A stretch of 57,722 nt of DNA, the filler included, from Platydemus manokwari (Eukaryota), in assembly GCA_037951405.1 (NCBI GenBank). It is 5 parts of 5 records of this genome, joined end to end, with 100 filler letters (N's around TTAATTAATTAA, not from the genome) between each part and the next. Parts side by side here need not be neighbours in the genome. Positions count along the whole stretch, not along the records: positions 1 to 14,381 come from JBBMOY011471418.1; 4 more parts are not named here. The stretch is one strand, 5' to 3'. Below are positions 1-11,546 of the stretch, piece after piece. The notes under the pieces are model-generated. The model saw only the letters and a program-made list of their open reading frames with translations. It had not been told where the DNA came from and searched no databases. Numbering within the stretch: the stretch's first letter is position 1; each line of letters opens with the position of its first letter. The translations under genes and the position numbers were made by a program.

Positions 1-74
1 GTTCAGCGTTATAACAATTTGTGTTAATAAAATACCTGCATAAAAACATGAATAACTTTTGACTCAACCTGGTA
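1..74. repeat. Terminal fragment of a Tc1/mariner-like element (TIR ending at TA)
   Basis: Matches 24652-24725 at 72/74 nt. Similarity stops just after ...CTCAACCTGG-TA; the reverse complement TA-CCAGGTTGAGTCAAAAGT resembles a mariner TIR. Confidence 0.6.
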
Positions 75-1049
75 TAATTTTTCTAAGTTGATTTCGATCC
101 TTAGAATTTTTAGATATTTTTCTTATAAGTCAAACTTTACAAAGTTGAATTATTGCATTTATGAGAGAATTTCTCAATTTTTACGTCTTTCTCAGCTCAC
201 AAATTAAAACAAACGATTAACGACAAAAATGTCACAAAATACCGACAAAATCACTGCATAATAAGTTTTTTTCGATACATTTACTAGAGATAAATCTAAA
301 AACGTTTTAGTTTTTAATTTTTAGCAGATTAATTGAACTTGATTTTTATTAAGGTCAAATGAAATTCTCCGTCGACATCTTCAATGCTGATCCAATAAAT
401 GTCTGCTTGAGAGATTTTTTAAATCATAAAATATTTCTTTTAAATTCCTCTGCCATTCTTCGATTTCGAACAATCAACAAGTGAATCAAATAGTTTAAAT
501 GATACCTTTAATGAATTCTTCAACCTTTCAAATCAATCTATGACGAAATTTCAACTCATGTTTCTATACTGAAGTTGGTCATTCAATATGTTTCGTGTTT
601 ATTTCTCATAGTTCTTATACTCATGTTTTAGAAGCTTTAACGAAATTTATAGTTGTGTTCTTTTATCAATGGTATACTTATATGAACATCCAGGAATTTG
701 AAATACTTTCCACTTCTTCAAAAAGAATATCTTTCTTTATTTCCGCTTTTGTTTTCGAAGTTTCAATTCAAGTATTTGAAAACACAATATCTTCTCAGTA
801 AATTTAGAGTCAAAAATTTCGCAGCATTTAAGAAACTGTAACGAAGTGGACCTTATCACCTTGATCAACTTTATCTTATCTGTCGTTTGCTGCCTTCATA
901 GATACAAAATCCAAGCTCTTAATATTTGTTGTGAAATCTGTTTCCGATCTCTCAGTGAATAGTGGACTGGTATTTGGTATATACGTCTTCAAGTTCCCAT
1001 GATTTGAAAACAGCACAAATCCCATGCTTTTTGGAGGGAAAATATTTAC

Positions 1050-1770
1050 TTTCACCAGGTGATCTCAAAGCAAAAATTTAAAACTTTCCAAAAAGATAGC
1101 AGAACTGTTGAGTTCGATGTTAAAAATGACGAAATCTACTTTAAAAGATATAAAGTTCGCACTCTTCGATGTCGACATCATAACTTTTTCAAGAATACTT
1201 GTCTTTTGAAGATGATATTGTTATCTCCGGAGACGATGAGATTGTTGTAACATTGTTTAGTGATGAAAATCAAATTTAAAAATGGTGCTTTTCAAAAAAT
1301 CACTTAAAAAGTCATTCTTTTATGCATTGGTAATGTGCTTCCATCAGTTTCTTTAATTCAAGTTACAAATACAAAAGAAATATACGATAACATAAAATTT
1401 CTTAACCAAGTTCAAATATCATCTGACGTGATTTGAAAGTCATTGTTCTTTTATATCATTTGCAACTTGGTTTCACAAAGTCCTGTTGGATAGTGTGGAC
1501 TTTGTGAGTGGTTTATTAAAGATTTTTAAGACTATGAATGGTGACCATGATGAGTGGTTCAACATGGATATTTAGTACAGGAAGAAGTATGACAGGAAGA
1601 AGTGGAACTCAAATACATTTTTTAGTGTCATGTCTTTTCAGTTCGTTTTCGATGTTTTGTTTTATAAAATAGTAATAGCTTAATCACATAAAATATACAC
1701 ATTTAAGTTATACGTGAAAGAAAAATCTTAAACTAGACCTGAATTCAGCACAAAATATAAAAAATACTAA
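1050..1770 (+). mobile_element. Highly decayed DNA transposase relic, Chapaev3 (CMC)-like
   Basis: Frameshifted fragments resemble SLK.VLLH.GNVLPS..., KE.Y.N.K.L, DLKVI.LL..LQLGFTK and DE.GE.F..DI. The 3' end ACGTGA...TGAATTCAGCACAAAA recalls this family. Family assigned from memory. Confidence 0.45.
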
Positions 1771-3838
1771 TCGAATTTTATTATGGAAGAAAATCTTTCT
1801 AAACCAACGTTATTAATACGTTTTCGATGTTGTTCATGTTGGGATTATTTCTTTCAACGTACCGGTATCGTGTTTAACATTTGTGCGGGAGTGGACTGGT
1901 GGTTAATAATCTGTCTCTTCAATCATGGACCATGATAATCCTTAATATTCGTGATTTAATGGTCTTCTTTTATAAATTAATTTATCTCAAATGAACCAAC
2001 GACACTGTTATTATAGAAGTAAGATTTTAATACGAATTATAATCACGTTAACACGAAAATTTACCCATGTAAACCGTGTTTATTGTATTAGTTATGATAT
2101 TTATTCATATATTATCAGTACACCAAGGAGAGTATTCAGGAGCTTAACTAATTTGCAGACTTGTTTGGTGTATTATATTAATTTCGAAACATGTTCTAAG
2201 CAACATTATCCTGACGGATACCCTTAATTCTATGGAACACGAATGCTTATATAATCTATTATTAACTTCATGTTAATAATGATAACTGGTATCATTGATG
2301 TTTTTATTTTGTTAGCATTTTTAAAATATTATCATCAAGCCTGCTAATGAAAAATATTATTTATGAACACATAATGTTGTTAAAAAGATATGTTATTAAT
2401 ACTTTCGGATAAACAAGCAACATTTTTGCACATTATTTTGGAAAGGATTATCCACCGCAATCAATAATTGCCATGAAATCCATCTTTAATATGAATATGT
2501 TGTATTGTTTATTGGATCGAGGTTTGATTTTTCATTTAAAGGCTTCTATAATAATATGATGACCTTTAGAGGGTAAATGATGTTGGTAAATTTAAAATAC
2601 CTTTGTTTGGAAATGAAAATCTATTAAGTTAATTTTGTGTAATTTATTGAAATATACGTACGATAATATTGTCGTAGCAATGTAAAAAATGATTTAATTT
2701 GATTTTGGAATTTTTTATTTAAACCAATTAAAAATAAATCAAGGAAGTTCGATGATTTCCTTTTTTTGAATTTGTATAAGATTGAAAAATTCAAAGAAGA
2801 ATATTCTGAAATCTTACAACAATACAAAGATAGAAGGACCTATGTAAAGTGAATTTACAGTTCAGTCAATCACCATTGACTTCTTGAATATTTCTAAGAG
2901 TTTTTATTGAATTACTCAAATTGGTTACATTAATACACCCGAAGGTTATGTTGTGTTTTTCGTGAGTTTATATTCTGTTTTTACTGTCATCGGTGCTCTT
3001 TTTTATATTCATTCTTTTGCGATTGTCATTTTTATTGTTGTTTTTCAACCATAACATGCTATATAATTTCGAATACTGATAGTTTATTGCGATCTTCGAT
3101 CCGTAGTCAATTGTTTAACCCTTTTTATTGTATTCATTTGTGTTGAGGGAGATTTCCAAAAGTATACGATGTGCCAATTGTACATCGACAGGTAGAACAA
3201 TGGAAAGAGATTCAGATCAAGTGATTATGGCATCGAGAGCTTTCAAAGATAATTTTAATGATGTGAAGCTTTAAATGGATTATGAATATTATATGATTAT
3301 AAATTTTAAGTGCATCTCAAAATCAAGGACATTCGAATAAAGGGAATATTAGAGAGATTTCTTATTTAAATTCTCCACTAATTTTATTAAGTTTAAATTA
3401 GAAAAGTTTAAACTACGAGTACTAAATTTAGATGTATCAATTGTTCGATCTTGTAAATTATCATCTTTTTTATTGAATAATCAGAGTAAGCTCCCTTGGA
3501 AACTAACTCACGACATCAAATTATATTTTAATTATAATTATTCCAACATAATAAAAATCTGGTATTAAAATTTTGGAAATTTCAATTGATTATAAATCCT
3601 CACATTCAGGAAATCTCCAACTAATTTAAAGGTAAGGAATTTTTTCATTGTTTGTACTAGATGTTCATTTTTTGTACTTGATATTTACAGAATTATTAGA
3701 AAAAAGTTAAATAATGGAAAGATAACCAACCAAAACCAACAATTGAAAATTTATCTAAATAAAATATCTCTCTGCAATATTTATGAAATCTCACAGTAAA
3801 GATATTCAATTATCTTAGCCTCATACAATTTATTAATA

Positions 3839-4401
3839 TATAAAATTGGAATGAAAGTCTTGCCCGATAGAAAATAATATTTATTTAACTAATAAAGAAA
3901 TTTACTCCACTCGGTTTGAGAAACTCGTCGATACGGTTTGAGAAAAGAGGCACCGGTTGATTGGAAACAGTTTTGAAAATTTCCATTTCCTTCACGATAA
4001 CGCTCGACCGTATAGGGCACGTTTAACTCAAAATAAGCTTGCAGATATTGGTTTAACGGTAATACCGCATCCACTATACTCCCCAGACCTTGCCTCTTCA
4101 GATTATTATCTGTTTTAACCTATGAAAAACTCACTTCGTGTGAAAACGTATCACTCCGCTGAAGAGATTAACGATGATTTGGAAAAGTGGTTTGCTTCGA
4201 AACCCGAGAAGTTCTATGAAAACGGCATGAAACAACTTCCAAAACACCGGCAAAGTGTGTGCACCTTAAAAGTGACTATTTTCAACACTTCAGATTTACA
4301 GACGAATGATGTTTTGTTTATATTTCTTAATTTACATATTTTCTTTATTGGTTGAATAAATATAATTTTCTATCGGACGAGACTTTCGTTTGAATATTAT
4401 A
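3839..4401 (+). mobile_element. Internally deleted mariner element with both TIRs
   Basis: Transposase C-terminus FLHDNARP...PHPLYSPDLASSDYYLF*PMKNSL...WFASKPEKFYENGMKQLP. ~60-nt imperfect inverted repeats at 3839-3900 and 4340-4401. Confidence 0.9.
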
Positions 4402-5672
4402 TTTGAAATAGATTATTGTGTTTGACAAAATTATATTTCGTGGTTATCATAAATAAATCAGTGACGTTTTTAAATAAATTACTATTTTACATGAAAAATT
4501 ATTAGAATAAATAATTTTTTATTTGTATACTAGATTTTACAAATATAATTGCCCTTAATAATTAACGAATAAATGTGACGATGTTATTATAATCCTCAGG
4601 AAACTGATCCTAGAAATTTTTATGATTTATTATTGATACATGTCATGGGAATGGTTTGCATTGAAAAATCGTGAGAAAATACTTTTGAAACATTATTTTT
4701 TTCACACGAAATTATCTCGTGCTTAAATCATTTAAACGAAACTTAAATATAAATATATTACTAAAAATAGATAATAGATCGCTATTCAAATTTACTGCTC
4801 TCAGGTCGGTTACATCAAGTAAATAACTCATAACTCTGATATCTAAGAAGCTATTACAGAGATTATTTATTGCTGAAAAAGCATCAATTGTATAAGATCA
4901 TCAATAATTTCGGATAACAATAAAAAGAGAATTTTTCAAATACTTCTGCAAAATATTAAACTATCAAAATGGTTCCGACTATATCGATAAATTTATTATG
5001 ATTGTGAATAGGAGAATATTGGAGAAATAAACTTTACTGAAAAATCAATAAGAAATGAAACTATTAAAGAGTAATAAAAATCGAACGAATCTAATCGAAA
5101 GTGACAGAAACGTTTAGACTAATTGTAATCGAAAGGCAACTTCTACTTCTGATAAATTGCAATTGGATTATAGACCAAGAGGTGATAATAATTATATGAA
5201 ATGTCTACAGAAAGCCTTCAAGAAAATGAAAATAATCCATACTTTCAGCTGTAACTATTTCAGAAAATCAGAATTGAAAGCCAACATGCAACATTTTAAA
5301 CAAGAAAGTATATTTAATCAAAATATTTCAACGAATTAATTTGATCATTCATATTTTTAAATATCAATATATTTTCTATTTAAAATTATCGATTGATGAT
5401 TGATTTCAAAATTCTCACGAATATTGTTGCAATCATCTTTGTAGAGAAGACAATTAATCACAAATAAGATCATTTAAAATTAATTGATTTGTTTTAATAT
5501 TCAAGTATCTTATGTTAATCAATCAACCAATAAAAATCAACATTATTTAATTTATTTTTAAAATGGTTTTTTAATTTAAATTTATCCAATCATATTGAAG
5601 GAAAATCAAAAATATTGTGTTTGTTTTATCTATTTGTTTGGAATTGTTAAACATAGATTATAAATATTTTCA

Positions 5673-7988
5673 ATGGATATTAATCAATTGTTACGTGATG
5701 ATTATGTTGTCGAAATGGAAAATGAATTCCATCGCTTGTTTAATGATGGGATGGATTTGTGGGAAAGAGAAAGTGTAGCAAATCAAATCAAGGAATTGAA
5801 CGGAGGATTAGAAATCTCATGGCCGATTTGTAAAGATTCTGATGAATTGGTTTATCAACACATTGAACCAACGAGTGACGTTCAAGGATGGCAGACGTTT
5901 GCATGGGAAAGTCAGATAATTACCAACCAAACATCGGAAATTCATCCATGTGATTTAGACGAAATTATTCGAGTTGAATATCAACCTTGTCAACAAAGTG
6001 AGATGCTACGTTATCAAAAGATCAATCGACGACCTCAACATGAATTTATTATTCCTCAGCAAGTATGTCAGAACGATTTTTTTCACAATAGGGATGGGAA
6101 ATATTTCAAATTGATCGATTTCAAATGCGACTTGTTTTGGAAAAAGTTCGCCACTGATCAATATTTTGGAATCGGTCAATGTCATATTGAAAATAACGAT
6201 TTTGATATTGATTTCACCATGACAGCAACTCGTGATGATATGATTTTATACGAATCATCAGAACAACATTCTCCTATGCCAATGTTGTCAACGGTGACAT
6301 CAAGAATAGTGACATATTACGACAAGAGAACTGATTTGATTGAGAAAAATATGATTGGTGAATTGACGGCAATCGATAAACACAGACTCTTTCTCGGTTA
6401 CGTTAGGAATCAATCAAGAATAAACAAAAATTCTGCAGTATTTCAAAATGCTCCTCTATTTCAAACAGCGATAGAAAATCAGTTTTTTCGAACTCCTGTA
6501 TATCAACACAAATCGAAAACCAATGATTTCTTGCTCATTTCTACAAATCATGGACTGAAAATAAGAAAAATCGATACGATTCTGCTTGGTGGCAAACAAA
6601 TGCCAATGATTCAAATTCCTCATCCTAATACAACGTTTTTATTGAAAAACCTTATGAAAATTATTTTACACGTAATTAAACGTGATAAAAAGATTTCCAA
6701 TGACAATTTAGTTTGTATTTTATCTACATTTGCATTTCTTCCACTCGATAGAGAATTATCCAAATATATCAAATACGACAATCATATAGATTGTTGGACT
6801 TTTATCAAGACTTTCGATGCCAATCAAATCGATGAGGAAGATTTATTCACAGAAGATTTTTACAAAGTCCATTCGATTATTTGCTATATGTTCGATTATC
6901 ATTATGAAACCACGAAGAAAATGTGTAAAAACAAACAGAAAAAAGTCAATGACAATGCCTCGACTCCATGGTCGATATCGAAATCGTATTTGAATGGAAT
7001 CTATCGAAAAGGATATTGGGATGTATCAAAATTTGAAAATATTACTAAAGAAAATCAATTCAATTCATACATTTTCTCTAAAAACTATAAATTCCAAGAC
7101 AAAGGAGAAAAAGTAGATTTGAGAAAGTTGACGAAAATAGACTATATGAGATTGGCTAAGGAAATGAATGATACGACTTTCAAAAAAGTTAATCGACGAT
7201 GGGACATGTGTCAAGCTCTTACAGCCAATGCTACGTTATTAAATGATGATAATTACGTGAAATATGCACGAGAAAATGAAAAGAACAAGAAACGAATGAT
7301 GAGAGGATATTTAATGAAATGTCAGAAAGCGTACAACGAGCAGTGTCAAGATTTGACTTCAACACTAGAACCAATAAGTGAAGACGAAGAAGATATGGAC
7401 AGTGAAATGATGTTGAAAAAGAATGATATGACAATGGAAGAATTCAATGAATTTCTTGTTAATAGAAAGAAAGCTTCATCATTTCCAATTCGATCCAATA
7501 TTGATGCCATTCAAGATCTCCTGAAAGTTCGGAAAAATATTTTGGTGATTTATCGAAAAATGAAAAATTCGAATGAAATCATTAAAGTAGAAGTAAATGT
7601 GGGCAGTATTGCAAGAGAGTATTTAAAGATTTGTGAAAAGAATAACATATACGACAAATTGAGATCATGTGGTGCCTCTCTTTTGCATAGACAAGAAAAT
7701 GCAAAACAAAGATATAAAAATAGATACGCTCAAAGACAACAATTAAAAATGGAAGAAATGAGAAATAAAAATTCAGTTGATATGTCAACACGAACATCAG
7801 ATAGAAGCAGCATATGTAGTACAGAAAATAATTTTTTCACATCTCCTCAACCATTATCGGTGAACAACATGACAAATGACTCTTCGATTGTGAACTCTCG
7901 GATTTCAAGGAAACGACGGATTAAATCATCAAAGTCCAGTTCTTTCTGCAAGAAACCGAGATCAAATAAAATGAAAAATACGCTTTGA
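5673..7988 (+). CDS. TAF1: TAF1-like protein (TFIID subunit 1 central DUF3591 region), intronless, lacking C-terminal zinc knuckle and bromodomains
   Basis: 771-aa ORF with colinear TAF1 motifs: MILYESSEQ..P, LFLG, ENQFFRTPVYQHK..TNDFLLI, GKQMP..QIPHPN, TPWSIS, DLRKL, RRWDM, KYAR, Y..KCQ..YNEQ...L.S. AATAAA follows the stop. Confidence 0.85.
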   Translation: MDINQLLRDDYVVEMENEFHRLFNDGMDLWERESVANQIKELNGGLEISWPICKDSDELVYQHIEPTSDVQGWQTFAWESQIITNQTSEIHPCDLDEIIRVEYQPCQQSEMLRYQKINRRPQHEFIIPQQVCQNDFFHNRDGKYFKLIDFKCDLFWKKFATDQYFGIGQCHIENNDFDIDFTMTATRDDMILYESSEQHSPMPMLSTVTSRIVTYYDKRTDLIEKNMIGELTAIDKHRLFLGYVRNQSRINKNSAVFQNAPLFQTAIENQFFRTPVYQHKSKTNDFLLISTNHGLKIRKIDTILLGGKQMPMIQIPHPNTTFLLKNLMKIILHVIKRDKKISNDNLVCILSTFAFLPLDRELSKYIKYDNHIDCWTFIKTFDANQIDEEDLFTEDFYKVHSIICYMFDYHYETTKKMCKNKQKKVNDNASTPWSISKSYLNGIYRKGYWDVSKFENITKENQFNSYIFSKNYKFQDKGEKVDLRKLTKIDYMRLAKEMNDTTFKKVNRRWDMCQALTANATLLNDDNYVKYARENEKNKKRMMRGYLMKCQKAYNEQCQDLTSTLEPISEDEEDMDSEMMLKKNDMTMEEFNEFLVNRKKASSFPIRSNIDAIQDLLKVRKNILVIYRKMKNSNEIIKVEVNVGSIAREYLKICEKNNIYDKLRSCGASLLHRQENAKQRYKNRYAQRQQLKMEEMRNKNSVDMSTRTSDRSSICSTENNFFTSPQPLSVNNMTNDSSIVNSRISRKRRIKSSKSSSFCKKPRSNKMKNTL

Positions 7989-9119
7989 ATTTAGTAATAA
8001 ATTTATTATTTTTGGAATTTAATTTATTTAAAAAATTCTTTTGACTTGATTTAATAAAAATAACTGAATGAAAAGAAACAAACATCACGACAATCAAATA
8101 ATAGTATTTAATATGTTGATTTTTCAATCTCTGAATTTATAAAATTGCTAAGAAAAATGCTAATTAAAATTTAAGGCATTTATTTAAATTAATAAATTTC
8201 ATAAGTAATCCCTACTGTGTTCCAAAATTGGTAATTCGATCTTACCAATTATTTTTTTCAATCGAATTTTCTTGCAATTATTTTTTTTTAGTAACTGACA
8301 CAATAAATGCCCTCCAGGCATTTCGGCAAAGCCATTTTTAAAAAGCAACAAACTTCATGAATTTATCAATAATTTTTTTTTAATAAATTCTTTTCTCATC
8401 AAGTAACATGAATTTCGTTGTTCATCTTGTGACCAGTTTTGCCACCTCAATATGCAGATCACACTCAATATCAGTGTGATTTGATTAGCGCCAATTGGGC
8501 TCTTTTATTTTTTGCCTGAAACCCATTAAAAATTATTTAAAATTTTTCAAATTTAATTTCATCGAATGTCATATGTCATTCAAGTAATTCAAAGCAAAAT
8601 TTTATGGATTTTATATAAAGCAGCGGCCACAATTATACATCCTATTTGCTTGGAAGATGCAGAATATGTCCAATAAACACAATCTCATAAATTGAGAGAT
8701 TACAAAAATAACGATTGAGATAATCAATATTTACAAAATATTTAAAATTAAATTAATGAATTAAATTAATTAGATGTCGGAATCGGCTGGTGATTACAAA
8801 ATAACGATTGAGAGCATAAAAATTGATTTTCAGATATCCGATTCGGTACTTCTAATCGATTGGTGATACAAAAAATGGTATTTTGGAAAATATTTAACCA
8901 AGAGAAACTTCGTTTAACAAATCAAACTACACATTAAGCAAATTTTTAAAATAAGAACGCATTGACCATTAAATGTGTGACTAACGAATCAAATGCGTCA
9001 CACACATCATAAAAATAAGTGGAACAAATAAATAAACAAAATCAATTCAATTTGAAAAACACAAAAACAAAAATCATTATTCCACAAATACCATCATTAA
9101 AATAAAACATTTATCGATT

Positions 9120-9717
9120 TTATTTGGTCTTTAATTCGGCGATTATTTTCATAGAAATTTTCAAAATCCCATCCCATTGTTCGTCGAATTTATTTTCATA
9201 ACTCCAATCCATGGCATATGTCGAATTACTGTTGCCTAAATTAGACAAAACCATGTCTTCCAATTCATAAATAACGGTCGTTATTTTCATAATAAATTCC
9301 GAAATAAGTTTCAACTCTCGAAAGACACAAATTTGAGAACCTTTATCGACAAATAATTGATTGAGTTTAATCAAATGATATTCTAATGTGGAATTCAATT
9401 CAATGATTTGTTTGTATTGTAATGTCAAATCATCATATTTTTTCTCGATATTTTTTGAGAGACGTGATTCTTTTTCAGCATATACCTCAGCAACAAATTC
9501 AATCGAATCCATTGTAGCATTGCAAATTTCTTTCATATCAATATCTTCTTTAATAAAACTATACAAATTTGAAATCTGAAGTGATAATTGTTTGATAGGA
9601 TCTGTAAATAACTTCAAATGATTTGTAATGTGATTGCATTTTGTATTTACACTAATTGTCTAGAATAAGTCAAAACGATATAATGTTAGAAATTCGAAAA
9701 AAACTGTTTACCTGCAT
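9120..9717 (-). CDS. Hypothetical helical/coiled-coil protein, 2 exons (~181 aa)
   Basis: ATGCAG (9717-9712), a 52-nt GT..AG intron (9711-9660), then an exon from 9659 in frame with ORF 9617-9120 (MQ|TISVNTKCNHITNHLKLFTDPIKQ...). Confidence 0.6.
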
Positions 9718-10887
9718 TTTGGTTAAAGTATAGCTAAGATATAATAGATATAATATATAATATTTAATTTACCAAATTTGCAATTTAAATAATATTTAAA
9801 CAATTTTGTATTTTTTTTATTTATCTTTATTACTTTTTTTAAAACTGAATCTCAAAAATAAGTCTTATTTTTTAATTTCTTAAATTTACAGATTTACTTA
9901 AGAACAGATACATATAATTTTATGAATTTTATTTAAAATTAGGTTTTATGAATTAGTAATTTTTATTGATTTGAACAGAATCAAAATTGTTTTTAACAGA
10001 TATTGATATTAAATATCACCCACCGGTTTTCTTCGCTGCGAGAAATTTTATTTTTTAAGAAATTGAGAATTGTTGTGTGAAGATTGTGAAGATTGTTCGA
10101 TTTTCCAAATTGATTTCTATAGAAATTTTTAGATCCCTTGAATCCAATCGAAAGTTTATTTTGTTGTGAATATTCACATTTCAATTAATCTTTCCCATGA
10201 TTTTTTATATTAAGTTGAATCTAATTTCTTTCTTGAATTTATCGTAGCATGAAAATTAATTTTAATTGTTACTTAAATCCTCCTTTCAAGAGGTTAATTT
10301 CGAAAGTTTATTGGCATAAAGAGTCTTAGATATAGGTCCATGTAGATATATAGGTCCATATAAATATATAAATTAAAATATTTAACAAATTTAAATGTGA
10401 GACCTCAATAGACTAAATAGAAATTTTAAAATACTTTGCCAATTTAATACCAAAGAAATTTAATTTTAAATTTAAATCATTGAGGCAACATAGTATAAAT
10501 CAATGGAGAAATAAAATTCGAAAATTAATCAACACGATCACATATTTCAATCATATTTCAATAAAAGAACAGGCAACTCAAATAAGTTTTTGCACAAAAC
10601 CAGTACTAAATTTCTTTCGAAAACATATTACTTGTGATTGCTTGTCACTTCCAGCTCTCAGGTATGCTGAATCACATCCCTCAAAATTAAAACCTTTTAA
10701 TTTCTAATTCGTACTTTTATTCGTACTATTTGTACTCGTTCATTCATACTTTGTAATATATGAAATTAAGTTTTTTCATGTTTTGATTTATTAGATCTCG
10801 AAATTTCTTTATTCATATCTCACGAAAATAGCGACTTATTTTTATCTAAAAAATGTCGTTTGTCTGAAATAAAAAAAATAAAGTTCA

Positions 10888-11546
10888 ATAACCATGAAAT
10901 ATTTCTCCTTCTTTTAAGATGTTAATTGTTAGAAGTTCTGGTTATGGAAAAACTCAGTTACTTTTTAAAATGTTATTAACACCAGGGTTTTTAGGCTTTG
11001 AAAACCTAATAATATTTTTAAAGATTGCTTATCGAGAAGAATATCTAATTTTATATCATAATTTTAAAAATGGATTATTAATAAAAACATTGTAAAAATA
11101 AAAACTATTAGAGAAATTTGTGAAATCGGTTCCCCGAAAAATCTGATATAACGAACGAAGTTTATTCTATAACCATGACTTTTAATTTCAATGAAATTTT
11201 GCATCTTCAGATTTGAATAAAATTGAAATAAATCTAATTATATTTTATGATTGTGTTACAAAAAAATCAAGAAATAATGTCCCCTTATTATACAAAAGGA
11301 AGACATAATAATTGTGAAAGTATTTATTTATCACAAGGTTGATTTTATTTACCAAAGAAAACAATCAGAAATAATTCGAACTTCATTGCTTATTTAAAAT
11401 TAAATAAAGGGGATGGAGATTTAATATACTCCGAATTATTCAGTAATATATTTTAAAATTTTTTTAATTTTTTTGTAAATAAGCATTAGAATACAAAATA
11501 CAAATATATTGCTTTCGATAAAGATGAAGATTTAATTCTTGATTGA
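10888..11546 (+). pseudogene. Polinton/Maverick (adintovirus-type) A32/FtsK-like genome packaging ATPase, disrupted
   Basis: Degenerate Walker A MLIVRSSGYGKTQLL, Walker B NLIIFYDC, and YYTKGRHNNCESIYLSQG*FYLPKKTIRNNSNF (GRH arginine motif, SQ sensor). Contains frameshifts and stops. Confidence 0.85.

Noticed and set aside
7231-7797. Short antisense ORFs inside real genes (also 9388, 16870, 26424, 27037, 41586, 42169)
   Set aside because: These are shadow ORFs of coding sequence on the opposite strand.
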